Source: Thermoproteota archaeon
GTDB lineage: Archaea; Thermoproteota; Thermoprotei; Gearchaeales; Gearchaeaceae
NCBI GenBank assembly: GCA_032249235.1
Contig: JAVVGF010000001.1
Location: 128,001-192,000, forward strand
Reading direction: 5' to 3'
DNA: 64,000 bases
A program made the position numbers and the translations under genes. A model generated the notes under the pieces. The model was not told the DNA's origin and searched no databases. It saw nothing but the letters and a program-made list of their open reading frames with translations. The first letter of the stretch is position 1; the number at the start of each line of letters is the position of its first letter. This document shows positions 18,564 to 29,235 of this stretch, piece after piece.

Positions 18564-20009
18564 ATGAAAGGTTCTATTATAGGAAATGAAGTTGTAATAA
18601 GAGATAGAACTTATGACGTAATAAATCCTGCAAATGAAGAAGTTATTGAAAAAATATCGCTCGCGACACCTGATGATGTTAAGAATGCTGTTGAAGTTGC
18701 AAAAAGAGCATTTGAAACGTGGTCAACGACTCCTTTATACAAAAGAATTGAAATGTTGTATAAAATTGCAGATTACATAAGCTCAAATAGAGAAGAATTT
18801 GCGAAAATCCTCTCACTTGAGGCGGGTAAACCGATTAGAGATGCAAGAGTAGAAGCGATGAGGACTGAAAAAGTATTTAGATACTCAGCAGAAGCTGCGC
18901 GTTTTCTTTTAACAGGTGAAACACCAAGACTTGATGCCTTTGAATATCCTTTGGGAAATGAAAATAGAATTGCGATGATAAAAAGAGAACCTATGGGTGT
19001 AGTTGTAGCTATAACACCTTTCAACTTTCCTTTAAATTCTTTTGCTCATAAAGTAGCACCTGCTTTAGCTGTAGGAAATACTGTTGTTGTAAAGCCTAGT
19101 CTGTCAACGCCTCTTTCTGCATTAAATTTAACAAGCGTTATGCTTAAGCTAGGTTTGCCTCCTGGCGTAGTAAATGTAGTTGCAGGATATAGCAGTGAAA
19201 TAGGCGACTTACTCGTAACCCATGAAGATGTTAGCTTGATAACTTTCACAGGTTCAACTGAAACAGGTCTTAAAATTGCCTCGAAAGCTGCAGGTCTTTC
19301 AAAAAGAATGATTATGGAACTAGGAGGTTCGGATCCTATGATTATATTAGATGATGCTGATGTTGAAAGAGCAAGTGCTGTTGCTACAAGAGCTAGATTC
19401 GAATATGCAGGTCAAAATTGCAATGCTGCAAAAAGAATAATTGTTCAAGAGAAGGTCTTTGACACGTTCATTGAAAAGTTTAAAATTAAAGCTTCAAGTT
19501 TGAAGCTTGGTAATCCTTTAGATGAGAATACTGATGTAGGTCCTTTGATAAGCGCTGAAGCAATTAAGAACATGGAAAGATTTATCGAAGATGCTTTGAA
19601 CAAAGAATCTGAGCTAGTAATAGGAGGTAAGAGAGCATATCCAAGAGGTTTCTTCTTTTTGCCTACTGTAATAAAAGCCTCTACACCTGATTTGAAAGCT
19701 CTTCAAGAAGAGGTTTTCGGTCCTGTAGCTCCAGTTGTTAAAGTGAAAGATGAAGAAGAAGCAATAGCAATTGCGAATAAAACGAAATATGGATTGCAGG
19801 CTGCAATATTTACAAGAGATTATAAAAAGGCATTGAAAATGGCTGAAAAAATAAAGGCAGGAGCTGTCATAATAAACGATAGCACTAGGTTAAGATGGGA
19901 TGCTCTTCCTTTTGGAGGAGTAAGATTTACAGGCTTCGGTAGAGAAGGTGTTAAATATACAATGCAAGAAATGACTGAAATTAAATTAGTAGCACTTAAC
20001 CTTGAGTAG
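18564..20009 (+). CDS. NAD(P)-dependent aldehyde dehydrogenase
   Basis: ITPFNFP, FTGS, MELGG, catalytic GQNC, EEVFGP and PFGG motifs. Confidence 0.93.
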   Translation: MKGSIIGNEVVIRDRTYDVINPANEEVIEKISLATPDDVKNAVEVAKRAFETWSTTPLYKRIEMLYKIADYISSNREEFAKILSLEAGKPIRDARVEAMRTEKVFRYSAEAARFLLTGETPRLDAFEYPLGNENRIAMIKREPMGVVVAITPFNFPLNSFAHKVAPALAVGNTVVVKPSLSTPLSALNLTSVMLKLGLPPGVVNVVAGYSSEIGDLLVTHEDVSLITFTGSTETGLKIASKAAGLSKRMIMELGGSDPMIILDDADVERASAVATRARFEYAGQNCNAAKRIIVQEKVFDTFIEKFKIKASSLKLGNPLDENTDVGPLISAEAIKNMERFIEDALNKESELVIGGKRAYPRGFFFLPTVIKASTPDLKALQEEVFGPVAPVVKVKDEEEAIAIANKTKYGLQAAIFTRDYKKALKMAEKIKAGAVIINDSTRLRWDALPFGGVRFTGFGREGVKYTMQEMTEIKLVALNLE

Positions 20010-21705
20010 ATTTAAGTTCTTTTTCTATCAAAGCTCTCTTTAATATTTTTCCGACTAAACTTTTAGGCAAATCTTCTTCGAATGAAATTTTTTTAGGTAC
20101 TTTATAAGGTGCTAATTTATCTTTCAAATAATTCAATATTTCTTCTTCGCTGACTTTTCCTTTATATTCTCCTTTAAGAACTATATATGCTTTGACAATT
20201 TCCCCTACTACTGGGTCTGGAATTCCTACAACTGCAGCTTCTTTCACTGCAGGATGCTGATATAAGATTTCTTCAATTTCTCTGGGATAAACAGAATATC
20301 CTTTATACTTAATTATTTCTTTCTTTCTATCAACTATGTAAAAATATCCTTCTTCATCCATTTTAGCCATATCTCCTGTTCTTAACCATCTTATTCCTCC
20401 ATATTCAAAGAATACATCTTTATTTTCTTCACTTCTTAAGTATCCTTTCATAACTTGTGGTCCTGCTACAATTAATTCGCCTATTTCTCCAACTTTTAAC
20501 AATTTATTTTCTTCAGGATGAGCTATTGCAGCAAGCGTATTTGGAACAGGTATTCCAATTGAACCTTCTTTATATTTGCCTTTTATTGGATTGCAATGAG
20601 TAACTGGACTTGCTTCAGTCAATCCATATCCTTCTCTTAATTTTCCTCCTGTTAGTGCTTCAAACTTTTTAAGAACTTCTACAGGCAAAGCTGCTGCTCC
20701 GCTAATACAAACTTCTATGCTTTTTAAGCTATATTTCTTAGCATAAGGTGAATTAATTATAGCATTGTATAATGTTGGTACACCAGGTAAAAGATTTACC
20801 TTGTATTTTTGTACGTTTTCAAAAAGAGCCTTGAGATCCAATCTTGGCATCAAGACAATCGTAGCTGCTCTTAGTATTCCTAGATTCATAACTACAGTTT
20901 GTGCATAAATATGGAAGAAGGGAAGAACTGCTAGTATAACATCCTTTGCTTCTCTTTTCTCAACCAACTCACCGGCTTGATATGCATTGGCAAGTAAATT
21001 ATAATGAGTTAGCACTGCAGCTTTAGGAATTCCAGTAGTTCCACCTGTATACATGTAAGCTGCAGGATCGTTTATAGGATCTATACTTAGAGGCTCATAT
21101 TTTCCTCCTTTGTTTAATAAATCAACAAATCTCAAAGTATTTTCATCGTATGTTACTTTAACTCTGAATTCCTTTTTTAATGGATATAATAATCTTTTAA
21201 TTCCCTTTAAGTAATCTCTAATGCTCGTTACTATTACCTTTTGTAAATCAGTTTTTGCTCTTATTTCTTCCAAATTCTTATAAGCTAAATCCAATACGAT
21301 TGCAATCTTAGCACCTGAGTTATTAATTATATACTCAAGTTCAGCAGGTTTGTAAAGGGGATTTATAGGATTTACTATTGCTCCGATTTTCAATGTCGCA
21401 TAGTATGCGATAACGAATTGTGGAGAATTAGGTAATATTAAGCTTACAACATCTCCTTTTTTTACACCAAGCTCGCTTAAAGCACCTGCAAATCTTTCAA
21501 CTGATTCTTTTAAATCTTTATATTTTATTGTATTTCCGAAGAAAATTAAAGCATTATGATCTGGATATTTCTTTGCAGACTCATCTAAAATTGAATATAA
21601 CGGTCTAGGTTCTATTTTTATTTCAGGAGAAACCCCTTCATCATAAAACTTTATCCATGGTTTTGATAAAATAAATTCAAGAATTTCATCTTTCAATTCT
21701 TGCAT
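19996..21705 (-). CDS. fadD: Long-chain fatty acid-CoA ligase
   Basis: YTGGTTGIPK, EGYGLTEASP, RTGD and LPKSLVGK motifs. Confidence 0.9.
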   Translation of the reverse strand: MQELKDEILEFILSKPWIKFYDEGVSPEIKIEPRPLYSILDESAKKYPDHNALIFFGNTIKYKDLKESVERFAGALSELGVKKGDVVSLILPNSPQFVIAYYATLKIGAIVNPINPLYKPAELEYIINNSGAKIAIVLDLAYKNLEEIRAKTDLQKVIVTSIRDYLKGIKRLLYPLKKEFRVKVTYDENTLRFVDLLNKGGKYEPLSIDPINDPAAYMYTGGTTGIPKAAVLTHYNLLANAYQAGELVEKREAKDVILAVLPFFHIYAQTVVMNLGILRAATIVLMPRLDLKALFENVQKYKVNLLPGVPTLYNAIINSPYAKKYSLKSIEVCISGAAALPVEVLKKFEALTGGKLREGYGLTEASPVTHCNPIKGKYKEGSIGIPVPNTLAAIAHPEENKLLKVGEIGELIVAGPQVMKGYLRSEENKDVFFEYGGIRWLRTGDMAKMDEEGYFYIVDRKKEIIKYKGYSVYPREIEEILYQHPAVKEAAVVGIPDPVVGEIVKAYIVLKGEYKGKVSEEEILNYLKDKLAPYKVPKKISFEEDLPKSLVGKILKRALIEKELKSTQG

Positions 21706-21735
21706 ATGTAAAAATAAAAAATAAAATTAAAAAAT

Positions 21736-22197
21736 TTAAGAAGTTGCAGTTAAAAGCACAACGTTTTGCATTTTACCATTTAGAGCGTGCCAAGGACCAC
21801 AGAAATATAGACAGTTAATTTTATACGTTCCTGCAACATTAAGTGTTATAACTGTATCTGTAGTTCCACCAACATTAGTAGCTAAGGATGCTATTTGATT
21901 ACCATTAGGATCAAGAATTGCAAATCCATGAGGTCCTTTAGGATAATCAGTATAATTCACGTTTAAAACTATTTTTATTCTATCACCTACTTTAAATGTT
22001 TGATTTGCAGGTGTTACGATCCAATAAAGTTCAGATTGATCACCTGAACCTCCTGCATGCCCAACATAAACTGTCAATGTAGCTTTGGGTGGTGCTTGTT
22101 GCATTAAACTTAAAAAATACCCAGCTATTCCTGCTACAGCAATAATTACTACGATAATAACTATTAGCAGTGTTCTAGAAATTGCTTTTATGTTCAT
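21736..22197 (-). CDS. Membrane-anchored cupredoxin-domain protein
   Basis: N-terminal hydrophobic helix; HGF...GTYKINCLYFCGPWH...M copper-binding motif. Confidence 0.75.
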   Translation of the reverse strand: MNIKAISRTLLIVIIVVIIAVAGIAGYFLSLMQQAPPKATLTVYVGHAGGSGDQSELYWIVTPANQTFKVGDRIKIVLNVNYTDYPKGPHGFAILDPNGNQIASLATNVGGTTDTVITLNVAGTYKINCLYFCGPWHALNGKMQNVVLLTATS

Positions 22198-22248
22198 AAG
22201 AAAAAAGATATGTTTGGGTTTATTAATCTATCTATACAGATATATATA

Positions 22249-23622
22249 ATGTTAGAATTATCATATTCAGCTGGAACGATCATAGTTAGAGGTGATCATG
22301 ATTTTGACTTATCATTGCTATCTTTCTTGACATATGATCCTAGAATTGATTCCTATCGTTGTTATGCTTGCAAATATGAAGAATTAATAAAATATCTGAA
22401 TGAGAGAAAAATTTCCTATGTTGATAACGTCTTAAAACCTATTGAGGGAAATATTATACAAAAAAAGGATTTATCTTTAAAAGAATATCAAGAAGAAGCT
22501 CTTGAAGCATGGTTATTGAATAATAAAAAAGGAATAGTAGTCTTACCTACAGGAACAGGTAAGACATTTGTTGGTCTTGCAGCAATATCAAATGTTCGAG
22601 CTCCTACATTAATCGTTGTTCCAACTTTAGAATTGATGGAGCAATGGTATTGGAGAGTTAAAGAATTCTTCGATGTAAGCATTGGTAGATTCGGCGGCGG
22701 ATATAAAGAAATAGAGTATATAACTATCATAACATACGACTCTGCATACATCAACGCTGAGTATATAGGAAACAAGTTTGAATTAATGATCTTTGATGAG
22801 GTTCATCATTTACCAAGCGAAGGTTTTAGACAAATAGCTTTGCTATCAGCTTCTCCTTATAGGCTAGGTCTGACTGCTACTCCTGAAAGAGAAGATGGAC
22901 TTCATGAGCTTTTGCCAAGTCTAGTTGGGGATATTGTTTATCGAAGAAGTGTAGTTGAAATGAAAGGTAAGTATCTTGCTCCTTTTGAAATAGTAAGATA
23001 TTACGTAGATTTAAGTGAAGAGGAACGAAAAAAATATGAAGAATTGAGAAAGAAATTTAAGAAATTTTTCGATGAGCATGGAATTAAGCTTGATAGTCTT
23101 GAAGATTTTTATCAAATGATTCTTAAGAGCGGAAAAGATAGGAAAGCAAGGGAAGCTTTAATTGCATGGAATGAGGCGAGAAAATTAGCTTTGAATGCAT
23201 CGAATAAATTAAATGCGTTGGAAAAGATTTTAGAAAAACATAAAGGTGAAAGGATAATAATATTTACTGAATATAACAGCTTTGCTAGATTAATTTCTAA
23301 AAAATATTTAATTCCTGAAATTACTTATCGTACTCCAGAAAAAGAAAGGATTATAACGATGGAAAGATTCAGAAAAGGCATTTATAATGTCCTGGTAACC
23401 AGTAAAGTTCTAGAAGAAGGTATCGATGTGCCTAGTGCGAATGTGGGAATTATATTAAGTGGAAGCGGAAGTAAAAGAGAATTCATTCAAAGATTGGGAA
23501 GAATATTAAGACCTATGAAAGACAAGAATGCGATACTTTATGAGATAGTTACAAGAAATACTTCAGAAGTCAACGTTTCTTATAGAAGAAGAAGGGAATT
23601 ACTAAGCGAATTCTTTGATTAA
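22249..23622 (+). CDS. xpb: XPB/Rad25 helicase
   Basis: LPTGTGKT, DEVHH, LTATPERED (RED motif) and QRLGR; paired with bax1. Confidence 0.9.
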   Translation: MLELSYSAGTIIVRGDHDFDLSLLSFLTYDPRIDSYRCYACKYEELIKYLNERKISYVDNVLKPIEGNIIQKKDLSLKEYQEEALEAWLLNNKKGIVVLPTGTGKTFVGLAAISNVRAPTLIVVPTLELMEQWYWRVKEFFDVSIGRFGGGYKEIEYITIITYDSAYINAEYIGNKFELMIFDEVHHLPSEGFRQIALLSASPYRLGLTATPEREDGLHELLPSLVGDIVYRRSVVEMKGKYLAPFEIVRYYVDLSEEERKKYEELRKKFKKFFDEHGIKLDSLEDFYQMILKSGKDRKAREALIAWNEARKLALNASNKLNALEKILEKHKGERIIIFTEYNSFARLISKKYLIPEITYRTPEKERIITMERFRKGIYNVLVTSKVLEEGIDVPSANVGIILSGSGSKREFIQRLGRILRPMKDKNAILYEIVTRNTSEVNVSYRRRRELLSEFFD

Positions 23623-24836
23623 TGCTAACTAGTGATTTATTAAGAGTAAAAATCATAAAAAATGAACATATACAACCATTATTCGTTGAAATAAATGAAG
23701 AGAATTTGTTTATTGCAGATACATTAATAGATTTATACCGCTCATCGGTATCTAAGAAAGTTTCTGATCTAGAAGATAAATTAAAAGAAATTGAATATAA
23801 TGCTGAAAGCTTAGGTTATGATTTCAAGCTATTTAGGGGTTTGAAGTCATTACTTGATAGAAGGCTTATAATAGAAGAGAACGATGAGAGCGATGCAATA
23901 AAAATAAGAGCTATGATTTTTGAATTAGTAAATCAACATTATAAAGGAATTATCTTAAAAGAAGAAGAAAAAGAAAGAATATTTTTACTTGTTTCCCAAA
24001 AAATCGGCAAGGCACCTGATAGAATAAAGGAAATATTTAATTCAATATATGAAGAAGAAAAAAAGATCAAAGACTTTCTAAACATTAATGCTGAAGATCT
24101 GCTTAGACAATATAATTTGTCTTTATTGCAGACTTTATTGTTCAAATGCAGAAAACTATTCGTCGATCTGGAAGTTAGCGGACATGAAATGAGGAATATA
24201 CTTTGGATGATTAAAAAGCTCAATTTACTTTTCTTAGCTGAGAAAAGTTATATTGGATTAAATTTAGCTATTGATGGTCCCGCTTCTGTAATTAAACAAA
24301 CCGAAAGATATGGCACACGTATTGCTAAATTATTGCCTCACTTATTCAAAGCAAGGAATTGGCATATAAGAGCATATATCGCTTATAAAATTAGGAATAA
24401 AAAGAAGATATTTAAGCTAGAATTATCCAGGCGAGAAGCTCAGAATTTATTACCTCATGTTATTAATGAGGAAATAGAGTATGATAGCTACGTTGAAGAA
24501 GATTTCTCCAAAAAATTTTATTCTATTGGAGGTGAATGGCAAATAATAAGAGAGCCTGAGCCGATATTAATAGGAAGAGATATTTTCATTCCTGATTTTG
24601 TATTGATAAAAAATGATAAGAAAGTTTATCTTGAAATTATGGGATTTTGGAGCGAAGATTATATTAAAAGGAAGATTGAAAAGCTGAAAAAATTGGCTGA
24701 TATCAATTTAATACTTGCAATAGATTCCTCTCTTGGAAATATTGAAATAAATAATCTTAATCCAAATATATACATTATAAAATATAATAGAAAAATTTCA
24801 ATAGCAGATATAATTAAAGTACTAAATAAATTTTAG
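23622..24836 (+). CDS. bax1: Bax1 endonuclease (DUF790)
   Basis: YNLSLLQTLLF, DGPAS...RYG, and the IPDF...EIMGFWSEDY nuclease motif. Confidence 0.9.
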   Translation: MLTSDLLRVKIIKNEHIQPLFVEINEENLFIADTLIDLYRSSVSKKVSDLEDKLKEIEYNAESLGYDFKLFRGLKSLLDRRLIIEENDESDAIKIRAMIFELVNQHYKGIILKEEEKERIFLLVSQKIGKAPDRIKEIFNSIYEEEKKIKDFLNINAEDLLRQYNLSLLQTLLFKCRKLFVDLEVSGHEMRNILWMIKKLNLLFLAEKSYIGLNLAIDGPASVIKQTERYGTRIAKLLPHLFKARNWHIRAYIAYKIRNKKKIFKLELSRREAQNLLPHVINEEIEYDSYVEEDFSKKFYSIGGEWQIIREPEPILIGRDIFIPDFVLIKNDKKVYLEIMGFWSEDYIKRKIEKLKKLADINLILAIDSSLGNIEINNLNPNIYIIKYNRKISIADIIKVLNKF

Positions 24837-25775
24837 TTATTTTGTTTTCCTTTCCTTAATTTTCTTTATTAATATAGGCAAAAATTGATATAAGTCAGCT
24901 ACTATACAATAATCTGCATAATTGAATATGGGTGCGCTTTTTTCTTTATCTAAAGCAACAATTATTTTAGAATCTTGTATACCTCCAATATGCTGTGGGG
25001 CTCCTGAAATTCCAATCGCGAAATAAAGATTAGGTTTAATTATTTTTCCTGAAATTCCAATCCATCTATCTTCAGGTAGCCATTTGTAATCTGCTGCAAC
25101 AGGTCTTGAAGAACCAATTTGTGCATTAATTAACGAGGCAAGTTCTTCTGCAAGCTTCAAATCTTCTTTTTGTTTAAATCCTCTACCTACTCCTATTACT
25201 ATTTCAGCTTGTGAAATATCTACACCGCTTAAAGCTTTCTTTTCAACTTTTTCAAATTTAATGTTCGAAGCAGGCAATTCTTCTATGTATCTTATTTTAG
25301 TTTCGCTTTTAAGTTCAATATCTAATTTCTTTGAAGAAACAGTAAGAGCTATCGATTCCTTCTTGTTTATGGATATTTTGCTAATAGCTTTTCCTCCAAA
25401 AACTTTTCTTGTTAAAATTAAATTTTCTTCTTCGATATCAATTTGATAAACATCTGTGAACATCGGTAAGTTTAGATGCGCTGCTATTCTTGATATTATG
25501 TCATTATCGTTACTCGAAGAACTTCCAATAATATACTTGAAATTTTTATTAGTTACTTCATTCTTTAATATTGCTTCATACTGATCGAGAAGCGCTTTCT
25601 TCTTAATCAAAATTAGTTCATCTACTCCTTTATTAATGATTTCATCTTTGATTTCTGAATCTAAAGTTATCGCAACAAGATTTTGGCCTAATTTAGATTT
25701 GAGCAAATAAGCAAAGCTTAAAGGATATATAACTCGCTTTGGTTCATCTGAAAATACAATAATTGAAGAGCTCAT
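24837..25775 (-). CDS. etfA: Electron transfer flavoprotein alpha subunit
   Basis: GVGRG, SSRPVA, IGISG and GISGAPQH motifs. Confidence 0.93.
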   Translation of the reverse strand: MSSSIIVFSDEPKRVIYPLSFAYLLKSKLGQNLVAITLDSEIKDEIINKGVDELILIKKKALLDQYEAILKNEVTNKNFKYIIGSSSSNDNDIISRIAAHLNLPMFTDVYQIDIEEENLILTRKVFGGKAISKISINKKESIALTVSSKKLDIELKSETKIRYIEELPASNIKFEKVEKKALSGVDISQAEIVIGVGRGFKQKEDLKLAEELASLINAQIGSSRPVAADYKWLPEDRWIGISGKIIKPNLYFAIGISGAPQHIGGIQDSKIIVALDKEKSAPIFNYADYCIVADLYQFLPILIKKIKERKTK

Positions 25776-26572
25776 ATTTTTATCACACCTTCTTCGAGCA
25801 ATTTATCTATCAATTTATCTGCTACTTCTTCAAGATTCTTTCCTTCAATAAATATTCTTTTTCTTTTCACTTGCAATGCTAAATATTCTTGTTTGATAGC
25901 TTTTTTATCCAAATTGACGCCTAACGATTTAAGATCATACTTAATCAAGGGTTTATTTTTAGCTTGTAGTATTTGTCTTAAAGTTGGTATTCTTGGTTGA
26001 TTTATCTCGCCTGTAACGCTTAATACACATGGCAATTTTACTCTTAATGTTTCTATTTCATATTCAGTACTTCTTTGAACGATTGCTTCTTCACCTTGAA
26101 TTTCTATTTTATTGACGAATGTAACTACAGGTATTCCAAGGAGGGTAGCTAATCTAGAAGCAAATTGTGAAGAAGTCGTATCTTGAGAATACTCGCCTGC
26201 TAAATATATATCGAAACTTCCTATTTTCTTTATTAAGCTACATGCAACAATAGCTGTTTCTCTCGTAGTAGCATTTACAACGTTATCATCTATTACTAAA
26301 TGAAATTCATCTGCCCCCATCGATAAGACTTCTCTTGCTATTTTTTCTGCATCTGAAATTCTTTTTTGAACCGGCCCCCAAGTTAATATAGAAAAAGCTG
26401 AAACCTTTCCTCCATATTTTTCTTTTATTCTTATAGCTTCTTCAACTGCATTTTTATCATATTCGCTTATCGCTAATGGAGTTTCTTCGATGTTGACTTT
26501 TCCTTCGCTTTCCATTTTCAATAAATTCAAGTTTAGAGCAGGCTTAACGAAGACTGCGATGTTGAATGGCAT
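25772..26572 (-). CDS. etfB: Electron transfer flavoprotein beta subunit
   Basis: DKNAVEEA and INQPRIPTL motifs; likely start is the ATG at 26572 (MPFNIAVFVK). Confidence 0.92.
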   Translation of the reverse strand: MPFNIAVFVKPALNLNLLKMESEGKVNIEETPLAISEYDKNAVEEAIRIKEKYGGKVSAFSILTWGPVQKRISDAEKIAREVLSMGADEFHLVIDDNVVNATTRETAIVACSLIKKIGSFDIYLAGEYSQDTTSSQFASRLATLLGIPVVTFVNKIEIQGEEAIVQRSTEYEIETLRVKLPCVLSVTGEINQPRIPTLRQILQAKNKPLIKYDLKSLGVNLDKKAIKQEYLALQVKRKRIFIEGKNLEEVADKLIDKLLEEGVIKI

Positions 26573-26650
26573 ATCTGCCTTATTATAAAACTGTTTTCTA
26601 TAAATATTTCGTAGAGTTAAGTTAATTACTAATAAAGAAGGAAATATCGT

Positions 26651-27832
26651 ATGAGAAAAGTAGGAATAATAGGAGTAGGTCATTCAAAATTTGGAGTTAG
26701 AAATGATGTGAACATGAATGAGCTTGTTCTAGAAAGCTTTAAGCCAGCCTTAGATGAGGCAAATATTGATCTCAAAGATATTTCTTTTCTTGTAGTATCT
26801 AATGTTGGACTTTGGAGTAGTGAAGAATTACCCGCGATAACGATAGCTGAATATTTGGGCTTAACAGGCAAAGGAGCTATGCGTATAGAAGCTGCATGTG
26901 CATCAGGAAGCGCCGCCTTGAAAGTTGCTCATGATATGATTAGCTCAGGCGAAGCTGAGATTGTAGCAGCTATAGGTGTAGAGAAAATGAATGAAAGCTT
27001 TACTCCTAACGTTGTTGAGATAATTGGAAGGGCTGGAAATTATTTCTGGGAATTTGAAAACTTCGGAATGACTTTTCCTGGTTATTATGCGATGTATGCC
27101 ACAGCTTATATGAGTGTATATGGTGCTACGGAGGAAGATTTAGGCGAGGTTGCGATAAAAAATCATTTTTATGGTGCTAAGAATCCTTTAGCCCATTTCC
27201 AAAAAGAAATAACGATGGAAGATTATCTTAAATCAAAATATGTAGCGTGGCCAATTAAACTTTTAGATTCAACACCTATATCTGATGGTGCTGTAACTGT
27301 AATATTAGCCAGCGAAGATGCAATAAGAAAAATTGGCTCTAAAGATGTTATTTGGATAAAATCAATTGGTTATTCGACTGATACTTCTAATCTGAGTAAA
27401 AGAAGTGATTTTCTTAGTCTTGAAGCCGCTAGAAGGGCTGCAGAAATAGCATATAAAAAAGCATCTATCGATCCTAGTAAAATAACTAATTTAATAGATG
27501 TTGCAGAAGTACATGATTGTTTCACAATAGCTGAAATTTTAGCATATGAAGATCTTGGTTTCTTCAAAAGAGGAGAGGGTTTTCTTGCGTTAAGAGAGAA
27601 ACAAACATATAGAGGTGGAAAAATACCTGTGAACTTAAGTGGAGGCCTAAAGGCTAAAGGTCATCCCATAGGCGCAACAGGACTATCAATGATAGCTGAG
27701 TTGACCAAACAATTAAAAAGACAAGTTGAGAAATCAAGACAGGCAGACATTAAAAATGGATGGGCTTTGGCTCATAATGTAGGAGGAACAGGTCATTATG
27801 CATATGTAACTATTTTATCTACGGAGAAATGA
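26651..27832 (+). CDS. Thiolase (acetyl-CoA acetyltransferase, SCP2-type)
   Basis: EAACASG, EVHDCF, GHPIGATG and HNVGG motifs. Confidence 0.92.
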   Translation: MRKVGIIGVGHSKFGVRNDVNMNELVLESFKPALDEANIDLKDISFLVVSNVGLWSSEELPAITIAEYLGLTGKGAMRIEAACASGSAALKVAHDMISSGEAEIVAAIGVEKMNESFTPNVVEIIGRAGNYFWEFENFGMTFPGYYAMYATAYMSVYGATEEDLGEVAIKNHFYGAKNPLAHFQKEITMEDYLKSKYVAWPIKLLDSTPISDGAVTVILASEDAIRKIGSKDVIWIKSIGYSTDTSNLSKRSDFLSLEAARRAAEIAYKKASIDPSKITNLIDVAEVHDCFTIAEILAYEDLGFFKRGEGFLALREKQTYRGGKIPVNLSGGLKAKGHPIGATGLSMIAELTKQLKRQVEKSRQADIKNGWALAHNVGGTGHYAYVTILSTEK

Positions 27833-28404
27833 AATCCCAAAAAGAGCAGTTTGATGAATTCTTAGAAACACTAGATAAAGCTGTTAAAGAAGCAAAAAGA
27901 GCAATAAAACTACCATTAATACCTGATCAAAAAACAGGCAAAATTCTTTGGATATCAAATAGAGAGCTAAAATTAAGATATGTCTTAAGTGTTGAAAACA
28001 TAAAAGAATTTTTTGAAGGACTGCTTCAAGGAAGATTGCTTGCATCGAAGTGCAAGCAATGTAATTCAATATATTTTCCTCCGCAAAAGTATTGCAATAA
28101 ATGTAAAAGTTCAGAAATGGGATGGCAAGAATTGAGCAATGAGGGAGAACTTTTAACCTTTACAAAAATTTCTGTAAAGCCTTATAGTTTTTCACATCTT
28201 GAAGACTATATTATTGGGATTGCAAGATTAAAAGAAGGAATTAATGTTCTCGCTTGGATTGATGAAAAAGACATATCTAAACTTAAGCGAGGCATGAAAG
28301 TAAAGTTAAAAGTTATTGAAAGAAGTGAAGAAGGATATCTAACTTACGGATTTATACCTGAATATAGTAATCTTGATTCAAGCTCAAAAGTATTCGAATC
28401 TTAG
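27829..28404 (+). CDS. DUF35 Zn-ribbon/OB-fold thiolase partner
   Basis: CKQC...FPPQKYCNKC followed by an OB fold; directly after the thiolase. Confidence 0.9.
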   Translation: MKSQKEQFDEFLETLDKAVKEAKRAIKLPLIPDQKTGKILWISNRELKLRYVLSVENIKEFFEGLLQGRLLASKCKQCNSIYFPPQKYCNKCKSSEMGWQELSNEGELLTFTKISVKPYSFSHLEDYIIGIARLKEGINVLAWIDEKDISKLKRGMKVKLKVIERSEEGYLTYGFIPEYSNLDSSSKVFES

Positions 28405-28411
28405 CTTACTG

Positions 28412-29170
28412 CTAGTATCTTAAATACTTAATTTTAGGAAAAACCAAAACTTCTCCTTCTACGCTTATAGCTACCATTTCATCTATATCTATTTTTCTAA
28501 GAAAAGGCGATAATAATTCTTCTTTAGGCAATAAATTTATCTCTGTACCGCTCGCATAGTAACATATAGCAGGTAGGACTAGAATTTCTTTGTCTAACTT
28601 TCCATAAAGAAAACATTTCACTTTAATCTTGCTGCCCGTTTCAGAATATAAAACAATAGCTGGGTGTTCATGAGCCATTATTAAGAAATCTGCATTCCTC
28701 ATCAATTCTTCGCTTGGCATTTCTTCACCGTGAAAGAAAAGATAATTCATCATGAGAAATTCTTGTCTATAGACTTTCAATCTTAATTCTTTTGCAAATG
28801 CATCTACGTAGTTATCATGATTTCCTTTGATTAAGATGATTTCAACATTTTCGTTTAAAATTTCATTTCTAACATAGTTAACGAATGAATATAATTCGTC
28901 GATTTCTGAATCATCTACTTCATCAAATTCGTTTTTGATATCTCCAACGACTATAATTCTTTTGATATTTCCTTCTTTACTTACTTCTCTTACAACATTC
29001 TCTATTTGTTCAATAATATACTTTAGATTTAACTTCGGTAAAAAAACACCGTTTTTTGCAGCCACCCCTTCGTAACCTAAATGAAGATCAGCTAAAACAA
29101 TAGCGCTAAGGCTTTTTATATAAATTAGATAAGAATCCTTAAAAATAACAACATCTCCTTTAATCTCCAT
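28412..29170 (-). CDS. Metallophosphoesterase (Lhr-associated, PdeM-like)
   Basis: ADLHLG, GD, GNHD, HG and HEHP motifs. Confidence 0.88.
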   Translation of the reverse strand: MEIKGDVVIFKDSYLIYIKSLSAIVLADLHLGYEGVAAKNGVFLPKLNLKYIIEQIENVVREVSKEGNIKRIIVVGDIKNEFDEVDDSEIDELYSFVNYVRNEILNENVEIILIKGNHDNYVDAFAKELRLKVYRQEFLMMNYLFFHGEEMPSEELMRNADFLIMAHEHPAIVLYSETGSKIKVKCFLYGKLDKEILVLPAICYYASGTEINLLPKEELLSPFLRKIDIDEMVAISVEGEVLVFPKIKYLRY

Positions 29171-29235
29171 GATACATATTTTAGCACTTCGAAATAATAT
29201 TAAAATATTTTCATGTATTTGTTCTATTGCTGGCG

